DNA of 56,455 bases from a virus: the IMG/VR virus record IMGVR_UViG_3300045988_124381. The stretch is one strand, 5' to 3'. The position numbers and the translations under genes were made by a program. Under the pieces are notes generated by a model. That model was given only the letters and a program-made list of their open reading frames with translations. It was not told the DNA's origin and did no database searches. Shown in pieces: positions 7,544-17,108 of the stretch (position 1 is its first letter; each line of letters starts with the position of its first letter).

Positions 7544-7984
7544 ATGAGCTTATTTAATCTGAAGAATGAATATGATATACCCAAGTTCAAGGCTTATGTA
7601 AACAAGCTGTTTCAGGAACGTGCAGTTGTGGAGGTAAAGAAGAAATTGCCTAACCGCACACTCGCACAAAACAGTTATTTACATCTGCTTTTAGGGTATT
7701 TCGGTAGTGAATACGGTTGCAGCCTTGATGAAGCCAAAATAGACTTCTACAAAAGGACTTGCAACCGTGATTTGTTTGAGAGAAAGACGGTCAACAAAAA
7801 AGGAAAAGAAGTAACCTATCTGAGAAGTTCGTCAGAGCTGACGACAGGTGAAATGACATTGAGTATTGACCGTTTTAGAAACTGGTCTGCGTCCGTTGCC
7901 GGTATCTATTTGCCGGCTGCAAACGAACAACAGATGCTTATCTACGCACAACAAGAAATCGAACGTAATAAAGAGTTTATCTAA
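7544..7984 (+). CDS. ninB: NinB/Orf-like recombination mediator
   Basis: RTLAQNSYLHLLLGYF parallels lambda NinB RSLDQNRKLWACLG; later SSSELTTGEM parallels STSRMRVGEF. Confidence 0.55.
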   Translation: MSLFNLKNEYDIPKFKAYVNKLFQERAVVEVKKKLPNRTLAQNSYLHLLLGYFGSEYGCSLDEAKIDFYKRTCNRDLFERKTVNKKGKEVTYLRSSSELTTGEMTLSIDRFRNWSASVAGIYLPAANEQQMLIYAQQEIERNKEFI

Positions 7985-7996
7985 AATTTTGAGATT

Positions 7997-8182
7997 ATGA
8001 AAAAAAGAAAATTTCCCCAAGATGTAGCAAGATTCTTTAATCCAGAGAAGTCAATTAATCCTAATTCAAGCGGCATTCATCAAAGAGAGAAGGCCTTACA
8101 AAGAAGTTTCATCCCTGTTTATAATGGTATGGGTACCGCTAAAAAGATTTATAATAGGTTCGGTGTAAAAAGTTATAGATAA
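7997..8182 (+). CDS. Small basic hypothetical protein
   Basis: ORF in the array; Lys/Arg-rich. Confidence 0.4.
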   Translation: MKKRKFPQDVARFFNPEKSINPNSSGIHQREKALQRSFIPVYNGMGTAKKIYNRFGVKSYR

Positions 8183-8184
8183 TT

Positions 8185-8616
8185 ATGGACAAATTTTTAG
8201 GACAAGACATTCCTGAGCAGGAACGATGGCAGTTCCTTCAGGACAATGCCGATGCAGTAGAAAAAATCGGTTACACCCACAGATTTACCCCTGAAGAACT
8301 GGCCCAGAAGAAAGAAACCTTGGCCGAGGTTTCAATTACCATCAACGATGTTGAATTGGAGAAGAAAGAGGCTATGGAAAGTTATAAAGAACGCCTGAAG
8401 CCTTTGAATGAAGAAAAGCAGGAACTTTTGGACAACATTAAAAGAGGTTCTGAGTTCGTGGAAAATGAAGAATGCGCCAAAATTCTTTATCACGAGGAAA
8501 AGATGGCCGGATTCTACAACAAGTTAGGTGAACTGGTTTATAGTCGCCCGATCATGCCACAAGAAATGCAGAAGACAGTATTTAGTATTAACCGTAAAAC
8601 AGGAACAGATAATTAA
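8185..8616 (+). CDS. Hypothetical coiled-coil protein
   Basis: Glu/Lys-rich heptad-like central region. Confidence 0.45.
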   Translation: MDKFLGQDIPEQERWQFLQDNADAVEKIGYTHRFTPEELAQKKETLAEVSITINDVELEKKEAMESYKERLKPLNEEKQELLDNIKRGSEFVENEECAKILYHEEKMAGFYNKLGELVYSRPIMPQEMQKTVFSINRKTGTDN

Positions 8617-8618
8617 TT

Positions 8619-9356
8619 ATGAGTGAGAACAAAATCAACCTGGTTGTGCCGAAAGAATATAATGGTAAACCTATCGAAGTAGTATTGAGAGAAGGTGAAG
8701 CATCCGTAGCCCTTGACCCGAAAGAACCGGAAAGAGTAGTTATCAATGGAACGATAGAAGCACCCTTCAGATGGCTGGAAAAGCGTGTCGAACTGATTAA
8801 TCAGAAATCGGCCAATATCATTGTAAACCGTGATAAGATGGGGTTGATATTAACTATTGATGAAACCAACTACTATCAGACTGAAATCAGTGGTGTTTTA
8901 CAACCTTCAAAGGAAGTGCTGGAGTTCGGTATCAATACCGACAAGAAATGGGAGCCTATCAAATTGTCCCAGTTCTTCAAGATGCACCGTGCCTTCTTCA
9001 AGGATAAGTCTGAGAACATGATGCTGGTTTCCACTTTGAAGAATTTCAAGGCGAAGGTGAATCAGGATATAGAACGTAGCAAAGAGGAAAACGGCAGCAA
9101 GACGGATAATTATTCTCAGGTAGTTGATTCTAATCTACCGAAATCATTCAAACTGAACATTCCTCTTTTCAAAGGTTTTCAGTGTGAAGAAATCGAGGTT
9201 GAAATTTATGCTGATGTAGATGGACGGGAAGTTTCTCTCTCTTTGGTCTCTGCCGGTGCGAATGAAGCCATTGAGGAATACAAGAACAAAGTGATTGATG
9301 AACAGATTGAAGCAATCAAAGACGTTGCACCTGACATCGTAATCATCGAAGTATAA
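8619..9356 (+). CDS. Hypothetical protein
   Basis: ORF in the array; followed by the gcccg-gaaaga-cgggc hairpin. Confidence 0.45.
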   Translation: MSENKINLVVPKEYNGKPIEVVLREGEASVALDPKEPERVVINGTIEAPFRWLEKRVELINQKSANIIVNRDKMGLILTIDETNYYQTEISGVLQPSKEVLEFGINTDKKWEPIKLSQFFKMHRAFFKDKSENMMLVSTLKNFKAKVNQDIERSKEENGSKTDNYSQVVDSNLPKSFKLNIPLFKGFQCEEIEVEIYADVDGREVSLSLVSAGANEAIEEYKNKVIDEQIEAIKDVAPDIVIIEV

Positions 9357-9381
9357 TTGACAGCCCGGAAAGACGGGCCCT

Positions 9382-9485
9382 GGTATCGTGGCGGAACTGG
9401 TAGACGCTATGCTCAACGATTGGACGGTCAATCCATAGATGCAAAGAACTGACAACTCATGCAGGTTCGAATCCTGCCGGTACCA
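9382..9485 (+). tRNA. tRNA-like element with Leu-type D arm and canonical T arm/acceptor but a 53-nt non-canonical central region
   Basis: ggtatcg tg gcg gaactggtaga cgc ... gcagg ttcgaat cctgc cggtacc a. Centre holds nested helices ctatg/catag and gattg/caatc and a ctcaac stretch. Confidence 0.45.
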
Positions 9486-9504
9486 CAAACTAAAATTATG
9501 AATT

Positions 9505-9981
9505 ATGCCGTATTACATCAAAAAACCTAAAAAGAAGAAAGAAAAGCCTTTGCCGTTATTTGACAAGGCAGGTATCAAGATTAAGAAGAAGCCGGATTTA
9601 GTGGCCAAACTCGACAAAGTTTTCAGCCGCTATATCCGGCTTCGTGATTGTATGCCAAACGGGTATTTCCGTTGTATCTCATGCGGCCAGATAAAGCCAT
9701 ACGCACAGGCCGATTGCGGACACTTCCATTCGCGCCGCCACATGGCCACACGCTTTGACGAGGACAACGCCCACGCAGAATGCCGGGCGTGCAACCGATT
9801 CAGTGCTGACCATCTGATACAATATGAAAAGAACCTGAAGGTCAAAATCGGCCAGCAACGTTTCGATAAGCTGGCATGGAAGGCCGGACAAACAAAGAAA
9901 TGGAGTGATTTAGAGTTAATGGAACTCACAAAGTATTATAAGGCTTTGGGAGATAAGTTGGGTAAGGAGAAAGGACTATGA
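9505..9981 (+). CDS. ninG: NinG/Rap-like recombination endonuclease
   Basis: FSRYIRLRD...CISCG...CGHFHSRRH...RFDEDNAHAECRACN matches the NinG Cys/His pattern. Confidence 0.7.
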   Translation: MPYYIKKPKKKKEKPLPLFDKAGIKIKKKPDLVAKLDKVFSRYIRLRDCMPNGYFRCISCGQIKPYAQADCGHFHSRRHMATRFDEDNAHAECRACNRFSADHLIQYEKNLKVKIGQQRFDKLAWKAGQTKKWSDLELMELTKYYKALGDKLGKEKGL

Positions 9982-10154
9982 ATGAATTAAAGCCCGGAAC
10001 ATTCGTAATGATGGTAAAAAACGAGGATGGATCATTTTCTCCCGTTGGGATGAATAAGGAACAAGCATACATTGTGCTTTCTTTTTTAAGCCGTTTGAGT
10101 GAGGACGAACCGTTTATCGTAAAAGACAACGAGAAATATGTACAAACTACGTGA
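9978..10154 (+). CDS. Small hypothetical protein (58 aa)
   Basis: Hand translation MNELKPGTFVMMVKNEDGSFSPVGMNKEQAYIV...; overlaps both neighbours. Confidence 0.4.
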   Translation: MNELKPGTFVMMVKNEDGSFSPVGMNKEQAYIVLSFLSRLSEDEPFIVKDNEKYVQTT

Positions 10155-11307
10155 TTATCAACAAAGGGCCAGTGATGCTGCAGTAAATTTCTTTGCAAAC
10201 AAAGCCAAGAAAAACAATGCTATTATGGTGTTGCCGACGGGGGCAGGGAAGAGTCTTGTGATAGCTGATATCGCCAGCCGCCTTGAAGGGCATACGCTGG
10301 TGTTTCAGCCGTCAAAAGAGATATTGGAACAGAATTTCCTGAAGCTCTGTTCTTATGGAATTCTGGACTGTTCCATTTATTCCGCATCATTTGGGCGGAA
10401 AGAGATTTCAAGAATAACATTCGCTACGATTGGTAGTGTTGTCAATCATCCTGAGCTTTTTCAGCATTTCAAGAATATAATTATAGATGAATGCCATCTG
10501 GTTAACCCGAAAGAAGGAATGTATAAATCATTTCTTTCTATGCTGAAGTGCAAGGTGCTTGGATTGACGGCTACACCTTACCGCCTTGCATCAAGCAGGG
10601 ATTTTGGCAGTATGTTGAAGTTTATCACTCGGACCCGGCCTTGTGTATTCTCTGAGGTCATTTATCAGGTTCAAATCTCCACCCTTTTGGATATGGGTTA
10701 TCTGTCAAAACTGAATTATTATGAAATGAACCCTTTAGGATGGAATGAACTTAATCTGAAGGTAAACACGACCGGAGCCGACTACACAGACAAGTCTGTC
10801 GTAAAGGAGTATGAGCGTATCGATTTTTACGGGTTTCTGGTCAGCATTGTACAAAGACTAATGAACCCTAAAAGCGGGATAAAACGAAAAGGTATATTGG
10901 TCTTCACGAGGTTTTTGAAAGAAGCTGAACGCCTTACCTGGTCTATTCCCGGAGCGGCCATCGTTTCAGGAGAAACCCCAAAGAAAGAGCGCGAGAGTAT
11001 TCTTGAGGCATTCAAGGCCGGAGAAATTCCGGTCGTGGCCAATGTCGGCGTACTTACTACCGGATTTGATTACCCAGAACTGGATACGATTGTCATGGCA
11101 CGTCCTACGATGTCTTTGGCACTGTGGTATCAAATAGTCGGCCGTGCCATCCGTCCGCACCCGAGTAAAGAGGCCGGATGGATCGTTGACCTTTGTGGAA
11201 ACAAAAAACGATTTGGAGAAGTGAAGGATCTTCGCCTTGTTGATAGTGGAAATGGTAAATGGGCAGTGTTCTCTAATAACAGGCAGTTGACTAACGTAAG
11301 ATTCTAA
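10138..11307 (+). CDS. SF2 DEAD/DEAH-box helicase (phage replicative/accessory helicase)
   Basis: Motif I LPTGAGKS, motif II IIDECH, motif III LTATP, motif VI QIVGRAIR. Confidence 0.85.
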   Translation: MYKLRDYQQRASDAAVNFFANKAKKNNAIMVLPTGAGKSLVIADIASRLEGHTLVFQPSKEILEQNFLKLCSYGILDCSIYSASFGRKEISRITFATIGSVVNHPELFQHFKNIIIDECHLVNPKEGMYKSFLSMLKCKVLGLTATPYRLASSRDFGSMLKFITRTRPCVFSEVIYQVQISTLLDMGYLSKLNYYEMNPLGWNELNLKVNTTGADYTDKSVVKEYERIDFYGFLVSIVQRLMNPKSGIKRKGILVFTRFLKEAERLTWSIPGAAIVSGETPKKERESILEAFKAGEIPVVANVGVLTTGFDYPELDTIVMARPTMSLALWYQIVGRAIRPHPSKEAGWIVDLCGNKKRFGEVKDLRLVDSGNGKWAVFSNNRQLTNVRF

Positions 11308-11311
11308 AACT

Positions 11312-12229
11312 ATGGAAGAAGGATTTTTGAGACTAAGCCGCAGGTTTTTCTCGAATGAAATGTGGAAAGTTGCCCGTGAGTTTTCGGAATGCGAAGCGTG
11401 GCTTGACTTGATTCAGTCAGCACGATTTGATGCAACCGACGAGGCGTATAGCGAACTCATCGGAGGTCGAGAAATCTCTTATACAAGAGGTCAATATCCG
11501 GCATCCATATCGTTTTTGATGAAGCGTTGGAAATGGTCTGAAAAGAAAGTCAGGTATTTTCTTTCCAAATTGAAGAAGAAGGGGATGATTACAACTTGCA
11601 ACCAACAGGGTATGACTGTCATAACCCTATGCAATTATGATGACTACAATCCTATCAAGGACAAGCCAAAGGACAATGGTAAGGGCATAGATAATGATAA
11701 AGAGATCAATGACTTAAAGGTGTCTATGGGCGAACTAAGGGCAGAGCTAAGGGCAATGTCAAAAAAAATGGCTGATAAGATTGAAGATTTGGGGCAAGGT
11801 AGGGGCAATAAGAAAAAGAAAGATAAAGAAATTATTAATAATATTATTCCCCCCACACCCCCCAAGGGGGAGGGACTTAACATAAAAGCCCGTTCTCTTT
11901 TTGAAACCCATTATAGACAGTTGTTTGGAAGTGATTATTACTGGACGGCCAAAGATGCAGGGGCAATGTCCCAGTTACTTCAGAAGCTGAAGTTCCAGCG
12001 GGAGCAAAAGCAGATGGACGTAGCTGAGGATTCAATTCTGTATGCTCTTCAGTATCTGCTATCGTCCATAAAAGAGGGGTGGATATTCGAGAATTTCAGT
12101 GTGACGAACATCAATTCCAAGTTTAACGAGATAGTTTCCCAAGCCAAGAAAAAGGCTTATTCCAAAACAGATATAGGCGTAGTCCTGAAAGATAATTCTA
12201 CTGAAAAATACAAAGACAAAGGATGGTAA
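11312..12229 (+). CDS. Putative replisome organiser / replication initiation protein
   Basis: Position between helicase and DnaC-like loader; N-terminal winged-helix-like region, low-complexity Lys-rich linker. Confidence 0.45.
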   Translation: MEEGFLRLSRRFFSNEMWKVAREFSECEAWLDLIQSARFDATDEAYSELIGGREISYTRGQYPASISFLMKRWKWSEKKVRYFLSKLKKKGMITTCNQQGMTVITLCNYDDYNPIKDKPKDNGKGIDNDKEINDLKVSMGELRAELRAMSKKMADKIEDLGQGRGNKKKKDKEIINNIIPPTPPKGEGLNIKARSLFETHYRQLFGSDYYWTAKDAGAMSQLLQKLKFQREQKQMDVAEDSILYALQYLLSSIKEGWIFENFSVTNINSKFNEIVSQAKKKAYSKTDIGVVLKDNSTEKYKDKGW

Positions 12230-12230
12230 C

Positions 12231-12815
12231 ATGGAACAGATAGATTTCAGACAAACAATCGAAAGGCTGAAGGATACGGGGTTTTCACCTGTACCGAATA
12301 CGGTAGAAATTTCTATTCCGGATGCAAAGAATGTTTTAAGGGCTGGTATTAAATACTTCACGGGGGAGAATGCCAGATGGCTTCCGGAGTATGAAGAGGT
12401 TGCAAACTGGTTGGCCGGCAATGGAGGTCGTGGGCTGTTGTGTTTCGGCAATTGTGGAAGAGGGAAGACCCTTATTTGCGGAAGGATTGTTCCTCTGATC
12501 CTGAATCATTATTGCCGGAAGGTGGTAAGCTGCTACGATGCACAGCAGATGAACGCTGATCTGGACGCTGTGAAGCAGAAGCATATCATCTACGTCGACG
12601 ATATAGGGATAGAGAATTTAAGTGTGAAATACGGCGAAAGAAGGCTTGCTTTTGCAGAGTTGGCAGACGAGGCTGAGAAGAAAGGGAAACTTCTTATCCT
12701 GACTACTAACCTGTCGATTGATGAGTTGAGAGAAAAGTACGGTGAGAGAACCATCGACCGTTTGAAAGCTATAACCAGAACCGTATTGTTCAGCGGTGAA
12801 AGCCTACGAAAATGA
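12231..12815 (+). CDS. DnaC/IstB-like AAA+ helicase loader
   Basis: Walker A GNCGRGKT, Walker B IIYVDDIG. Confidence 0.7.
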   Translation: MEQIDFRQTIERLKDTGFSPVPNTVEISIPDAKNVLRAGIKYFTGENARWLPEYEEVANWLAGNGGRGLLCFGNCGRGKTLICGRIVPLILNHYCRKVVSCYDAQQMNADLDAVKQKHIIYVDDIGIENLSVKYGERRLAFAELADEAEKKGKLLILTTNLSIDELREKYGERTIDRLKAITRTVLFSGESLRK

Positions 12816-12994
12816 AAATCACAATCTACTGGGTAACGCGGAATTGGGAGTTAATCCGGAAACTGCGTGATAAATACAAAATACCCCAATATACAACTGT
12901 TAATGGTATAACTGAGGCGGAGGTTGACGAACAAACATTAAGCAATCTCCGCAAGGGTGAGCCAAAATATTTGATTATCAGAAAAATTGAATAG
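12812..12994 (+). CDS. Hypothetical protein
   Basis: Start overlaps the upstream stop. Confidence 0.4.
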   Translation: MKITIYWVTRNWELIRKLRDKYKIPQYTTVNGITEAEVDEQTLSNLRKGEPKYLIIRKIE

Positions 12995-13010
12995 TTAAAT
13001 AAAAAATAGC

Positions 13011-13694
13011 ATGAAAACAGAACTTCTACAGAGGCAGCTTGATATGCTCAAAATAGAGTATCAGAAAGCGTTGTTGAAAAACGACAGGGTCGAAATAAAA
13101 AGGCTGTATGACGATATACATAATCTCGTCAAAGAAATAGAGGTAGCCAAAGGTGAGGAAATAATTCAGAAAGCCAAGGATTCCGGAATACTTGAGAAAA
13201 CAAGCCGTATGATATGCCTTGTGCAACTGATGATGTGTGAAACCAACGATCTGTTGTCTGAGATAGAGGATAACTTTAAGGAAAGCAGGATAATGACAGA
13301 CAGTATTGTCTATATGCAGAAAGAATACTATAAAGCAGCGGACTTGTACTTCAAGGAATTTGCTAAGATAGTTGATTTCAACAAAAAAGGTGACGATATG
13401 TTCAGTGATCTGGAGGGGTTCGACAACATGATACGCATATTTGCCGGCCTGAAGGATATGCCTAAGCCTGCATCCTTGATGGGCGGATGCAAACAGGCAG
13501 CAGGAAAGGCAAACGGACTCAGTCAAATGTGTACGAAGTGCCCGTTAAGATATAATCCTGAAACGCTTATCTGTCAGGCTTGTGATAAGTCGTTTAAGGA
13601 GGGCTTTCAGAAGGGAGCTAAATGGTTGGAAAAGAAAAGAATTGATAGAATAATGAACAAAGACAAGGAGGTGCAAAATGATAACAGAAAATGA
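13011..13694 (+). CDS. Hypothetical protein with C-terminal Cys cluster
   Basis: CTKCPLRYNPETLICQAC suggests a zinc ribbon. Confidence 0.45.
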   Translation: MKTELLQRQLDMLKIEYQKALLKNDRVEIKRLYDDIHNLVKEIEVAKGEEIIQKAKDSGILEKTSRMICLVQLMMCETNDLLSEIEDNFKESRIMTDSIVYMQKEYYKAADLYFKEFAKIVDFNKKGDDMFSDLEGFDNMIRIFAGLKDMPKPASLMGGCKQAAGKANGLSQMCTKCPLRYNPETLICQACDKSFKEGFQKGAKWLEKKRIDRIMNKDKEVQNDNRK

Positions 13695-13911
13695 TCCAAT
13701 TCTTCCACGTAAAGTGGATTTGGAAAAGAATCCGTCTGGGACTGAATTGAAAATCGCCCAGCATCGGGAACTGGAGAAACATGGAAGATATGTAGCTATC
13801 CCCGGCGATAAGTCACATACAAGAATTTTCGTCCGCAACGGTGAGGATACGGGAAAGAAGATAGCCGCGTATTTAGAAAGAATCAATAACCGGCCTCAAA
13901 GATGGAACTGA
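13678..13911 (+). CDS. Hypothetical protein
   Basis: Overlapping ORF in the array. Confidence 0.4.
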   Translation: MITENDPILPRKVDLEKNPSGTELKIAQHRELEKHGRYVAIPGDKSHTRIFVRNGEDTGKKIAAYLERINNRPQRWN

Positions 13912-13912
13912 T

Positions 13913-14425
13913 ATGGGGAGGCAGGAAAATTTAAGTGATTATTATGAGATGGCTAAGTATGAAGCCAAGGCAGAAAGGGAATTGAAGGTAGAGTCTTGGT
14001 TTCATGTTACCATACAATATCATGATGATAATGGGAACTATGTAATTCTATATACGTATGCTTTGCCAAAGGAAATGTATTTCAAATATGATTGGGTTAT
14101 CCGTTGGAGGATTGCAAAGTTACAATGCAAATATCCAAGATATTGTGTGTATTCAAGTATTTCCTTTTATGATAAACGCTCTGGAGAACTGATGTTTGAT
14201 AGTTGTCTTAGGAAACTGATTTCCGCTAAGGCAAAGGTGTCGAAAGCTGAAAAAATGATGCGTGAATACATCGAGTACAACCGCCAGAACAATCTGTTCT
14301 TTGACGAGAATACGGACGAGGAGCTGGTTAAGTTCCGAGAAAAACTGGAGCGCAAGAAACTCGAGTGTGCAGAATGCGAGAAGAGGTTAGAATTATTAGT
14401 TGAAAAAAGGAGAAATAATCAATGA
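13913..14425 (+). CDS. Hypothetical protein
   Basis: ORF in the array. Confidence 0.45.
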   Translation: MGRQENLSDYYEMAKYEAKAERELKVESWFHVTIQYHDDNGNYVILYTYALPKEMYFKYDWVIRWRIAKLQCKYPRYCVYSSISFYDKRSGELMFDSCLRKLISAKAKVSKAEKMMREYIEYNRQNNLFFDENTDEELVKFREKLERKKLECAECEKRLELLVEKRRNNQ

Positions 14426-14997
14426 AAAAAGAAGAATTATTTTATCTGCTTGGCATAGAAGACATAAGAGACATGCCAGAAGCGATAGAACGAATAATAT
14501 TGGGTGATATTGAGGAGAGAAACCGCATATACCGAGATTTCTTGAAAGTTAACGACTACGACTTGTCATACGATTGGTTCCAGGAGATATACGAAGGGGA
14601 ACTTTCCGAGCGAAAACAGAAGAAGCAGGACTTTACACCAAATGAGTTGGGAGTAATATGCTCACAGCTGACCGATGGTAAAGGTAATGTTCACGAACCT
14701 ACAGCGGGAAACGGTTCGATGATTATAGCTGATTGGTGGCAGCGTTGTCGGCGTTTAATTCCTTGGGAGCATTTCCCATCACAGAATATGGTAACGTGTT
14801 GGGAACTTTCTTCGCGATCAATCCCAATTCTTCTGTTTAACCTCAGCATTCGCGGAATAATGGGATATGTGTATCATGGCGATGTTTTGGAAAATGAAGT
14901 AAAGCAGAAGTACATTCTTCTGAACAGGACAGATGATTCTTTGGGATTTTCAGAGGTTATTAAAGTTGGTATAAATGATATAATTGTAAAAGAATGA
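14422..14997 (+). CDS. N-terminal half of a gamma-class N6-adenine DNA methyltransferase (motifs X and I only)
   Basis: DFTPNELG then HEPTAGNGSMI (SAM motif I) then CWELSSRSIPILLFNLSIRGI. ORF ends before any NPPY/F motif IV. Confidence 0.5.
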   Translation: MKKEELFYLLGIEDIRDMPEAIERIILGDIEERNRIYRDFLKVNDYDLSYDWFQEIYEGELSERKQKKQDFTPNELGVICSQLTDGKGNVHEPTAGNGSMIIADWWQRCRRLIPWEHFPSQNMVTCWELSSRSIPILLFNLSIRGIMGYVYHGDVLENEVKQKYILLNRTDDSLGFSEVIKVGINDIIVKE

Positions 14998-15929
14998 AAT
15001 TGAATGAGGTTTACAACCTTTGGGTTGTATCGAAAACTAGACAAGTAAAGAAATCGACCATTGCCACGTATAAGATGATATATGCAAATTCAATATCACC
15101 GGAGTTTGGGAATATGGATATTAAGATTTTAAACAAGAAATGTGTTCAACCCGTCATTTATCGTTGGCTAGATGAAGGTAGGTCGGCTAAATATTGTAAT
15201 GATATTCTGATAGTTTTCCGAATGATAATGCGCTATGCATCTGAAGAAATGGATGAAGATATACCGGACATACATTGGAGGATGGTTTTCCCGACAACTT
15301 CAAAAAGAGCTTTTGATAAAGTAGAAAGATACACACAAGAAGAATATCGTAAGATTGTCAATTATGCAATTGAAAATCCATCTCCAAGGAATCTCGGTAT
15401 ATTATTGACTATATGCACAGGAATGCGTATAGGGGAAATATGTGCTCTGCAATGGAAAGACGTAGATTTTGACACAAAGACAATACAAGTATACAGAACA
15501 ATAGAGCGTATTTATAACCATGATACAAAAGTGTCTGAAATAATATTTAGTACTCCGAAAACATCCTCATCACAACGGCGTATTCCAATCATGAGGGAAA
15601 TTATTCCAATGATGAAAAAGTTTTGTGCTGTAAGTAAACCGGAATATTATGTATGTACGTGTTCCGAGAATTTTATCGAACCAAGAACGTACAGAAATTA
15701 TTATCGGTCATTTATCCTTGAGAAGGTCAAGCTTGGGCATGTGATTAAATTTCATGGATTGCGTCACACCTTTGCTACGGTCATGATTGAAAATAAGGTA
15801 GATATTAAAACAACATCTGTGATACTTGGTCATTCAGATGTCAGTACTACATTAAATGTTTATGTGCATCCGTCTGAAGAAGCTAAAAGAAGTGCTATGA
15901 ATGTAGGATTAAAGAAATTATTTAAGTAA
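14994..15929 (+). CDS. Tyrosine recombinase (XerC/phage-integrase type, 311 aa)
   Basis: GMRIGEICALQWKDVD (Arg box), HGLRHTFAT, LGHSDVSTTLNVYVH (His/Tyr box). Confidence 0.85.
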   Translation: MKLNEVYNLWVVSKTRQVKKSTIATYKMIYANSISPEFGNMDIKILNKKCVQPVIYRWLDEGRSAKYCNDILIVFRMIMRYASEEMDEDIPDIHWRMVFPTTSKRAFDKVERYTQEEYRKIVNYAIENPSPRNLGILLTICTGMRIGEICALQWKDVDFDTKTIQVYRTIERIYNHDTKVSEIIFSTPKTSSSQRRIPIMREIIPMMKKFCAVSKPEYYVCTCSENFIEPRTYRNYYRSFILEKVKLGHVIKFHGLRHTFATVMIENKVDIKTTSVILGHSDVSTTLNVYVHPSEEAKRSAMNVGLKKLFK

Positions 15930-16010
15930 GAAAATCAATGAAAACGAAATTGTATTACCTGTTCCTGGCAGTCATGTGGTGGCTGCTGGGATAGGTGGAA
16001 AGGAGAAACT

Positions 16011-16199
16011 ATGGCTGCATACGATGTAAACGGACGATGTGAAGACTGCACATTTGCAGACGTATTTGGAAGAAACTGCCAGCATGGGATGCTTTTCCCT
16101 GTTATGGTGCTGATGGCATACGGTGATGTGTATAAGTGCCCAAATTTCGAGAAAAAGACTATCGAACAAATTAGTGAACAGATAGCTCAAAGAGAATAA
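16011..16199 (+). CDS. Cys-rich small hypothetical protein
   Basis: ggaaaggagaaac precedes the ATG; the same 13-mer precedes the next gene. Confidence 0.45.
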   Translation: MAAYDVNGRCEDCTFADVFGRNCQHGMLFPVMVLMAYGDVYKCPNFEKKTIEQISEQIAQRE

Positions 16200-16216
16200 C
16201 GTAGAAAGGAGAAACC

Positions 16217-16519
16217 ATGAGAAGAGAAGATATTGACAAAGCAGCAGTAGATAGCTGTGTTATTGAGAATAGCATTTTTAATCCTGAATTAACCCCGTAT
16301 TATGAACAAGGATTCAAAGACGGTGCCAACTGGCGAATCAATAGCGTGTGGCATGAGATGTGCGAAAAACCCGATTTTTCAAAACTCCCAATTTTGTTAC
16401 AACATAAAAATGGTAAGATTCATTTTATTGATGATATACCTTCATCTTGGATTTATCTTCAAAAGTATTACACAAGATGGGCATACGTCAAAGACTTAAT
16501 ACCAAACATGGAGGAATGA
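16217..16519 (+). CDS. Hypothetical protein
   Basis: ORF in the array. Confidence 0.45.
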   Translation: MRREDIDKAAVDSCVIENSIFNPELTPYYEQGFKDGANWRINSVWHEMCEKPDFSKLPILLQHKNGKIHFIDDIPSSWIYLQKYYTRWAYVKDLIPNMEE

Positions 16520-16998
16520 ATATGAAAACAACAATTAACAAACCTGTAGAAGTAGAAGTGAAATTTTTAAAGGTAGATGCTACCGTTCGTTATTGGCAAG
16601 ATAGTGACATTAACGGTACAGAAGATTGTGATTGCGAGGAAGAAACGAATGAGCCTCAAATGCCATGTGCTAAGTATATAGGAGAGCAAAACAGAACTCT
16701 TCGGGCATACGACTGGCATTGGAAGCCGATTATCGACATAGACAATGGACGCATAATTAATTGGACCGATGGCATTACCGCTTCAATTCATTATAAGGTG
16801 TGCGACGAGTTCAGTTGCGACCTTATTGATGATGGGAACAATGTCATTTATTCTTATGAGGGTTATGTGCCACGCTGCATGTGTCCCAAGGAAAATGGAT
16901 ATGGGGATTACATTATCATGGATATTGACGGCAATGGGTTCATTCAGAATTGGAGGACTGAACTTGCATTAAGAATATTGGAAGAAAACGAGGATTGA
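16516..16998 (+). CDS. Hypothetical protein
   Basis: ATG 16516 overlaps the upstream stop (ATGA) and follows ggagga; preferred over the 16447 start. Confidence 0.45.
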   Translation: MNMKTTINKPVEVEVKFLKVDATVRYWQDSDINGTEDCDCEEETNEPQMPCAKYIGEQNRTLRAYDWHWKPIIDIDNGRIINWTDGITASIHYKVCDEFSCDLIDDGNNVIYSYEGYVPRCMCPKENGYGDYIIMDIDGNGFIQNWRTELALRILEENED

Positions 16999-17000
16999 TC

Positions 17001-17108
17001 ATGAAAGCCATATCCATCAAACAGCCGTGGGCGAGCTTAATCGCTCACGGTATCAAAGACATGAAAAAAATTGAGTTATTGTTTTATTTTTGTGTATTCT
17101 TTATCTGA
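17001..17108 (+). pseudogene. 5-prime remnant of an ASCH-domain gene, truncated after about 20 codons
   Basis: MKAISIKQPWASLIAHGIKD is a typical ASCH N-terminus. The frame then runs into AT-rich sequence (MKKIELLFYFCVFFI stop) and overlaps the convergent gene. Confidence 0.6.

Noticed and set aside
15997-16219. Shared GAAAGGAGAAAC upstream of ATG 16011 and 16217, and other AGGAGG-like sequences (13665, 16510, 34686, 49083)
   Set aside because: They most simply read as Shine-Dalgarno-like ribosome-binding sites. Their presence is noteworthy because Bacteroidetes use SD weakly, but they are too short and generic to call a specific element.
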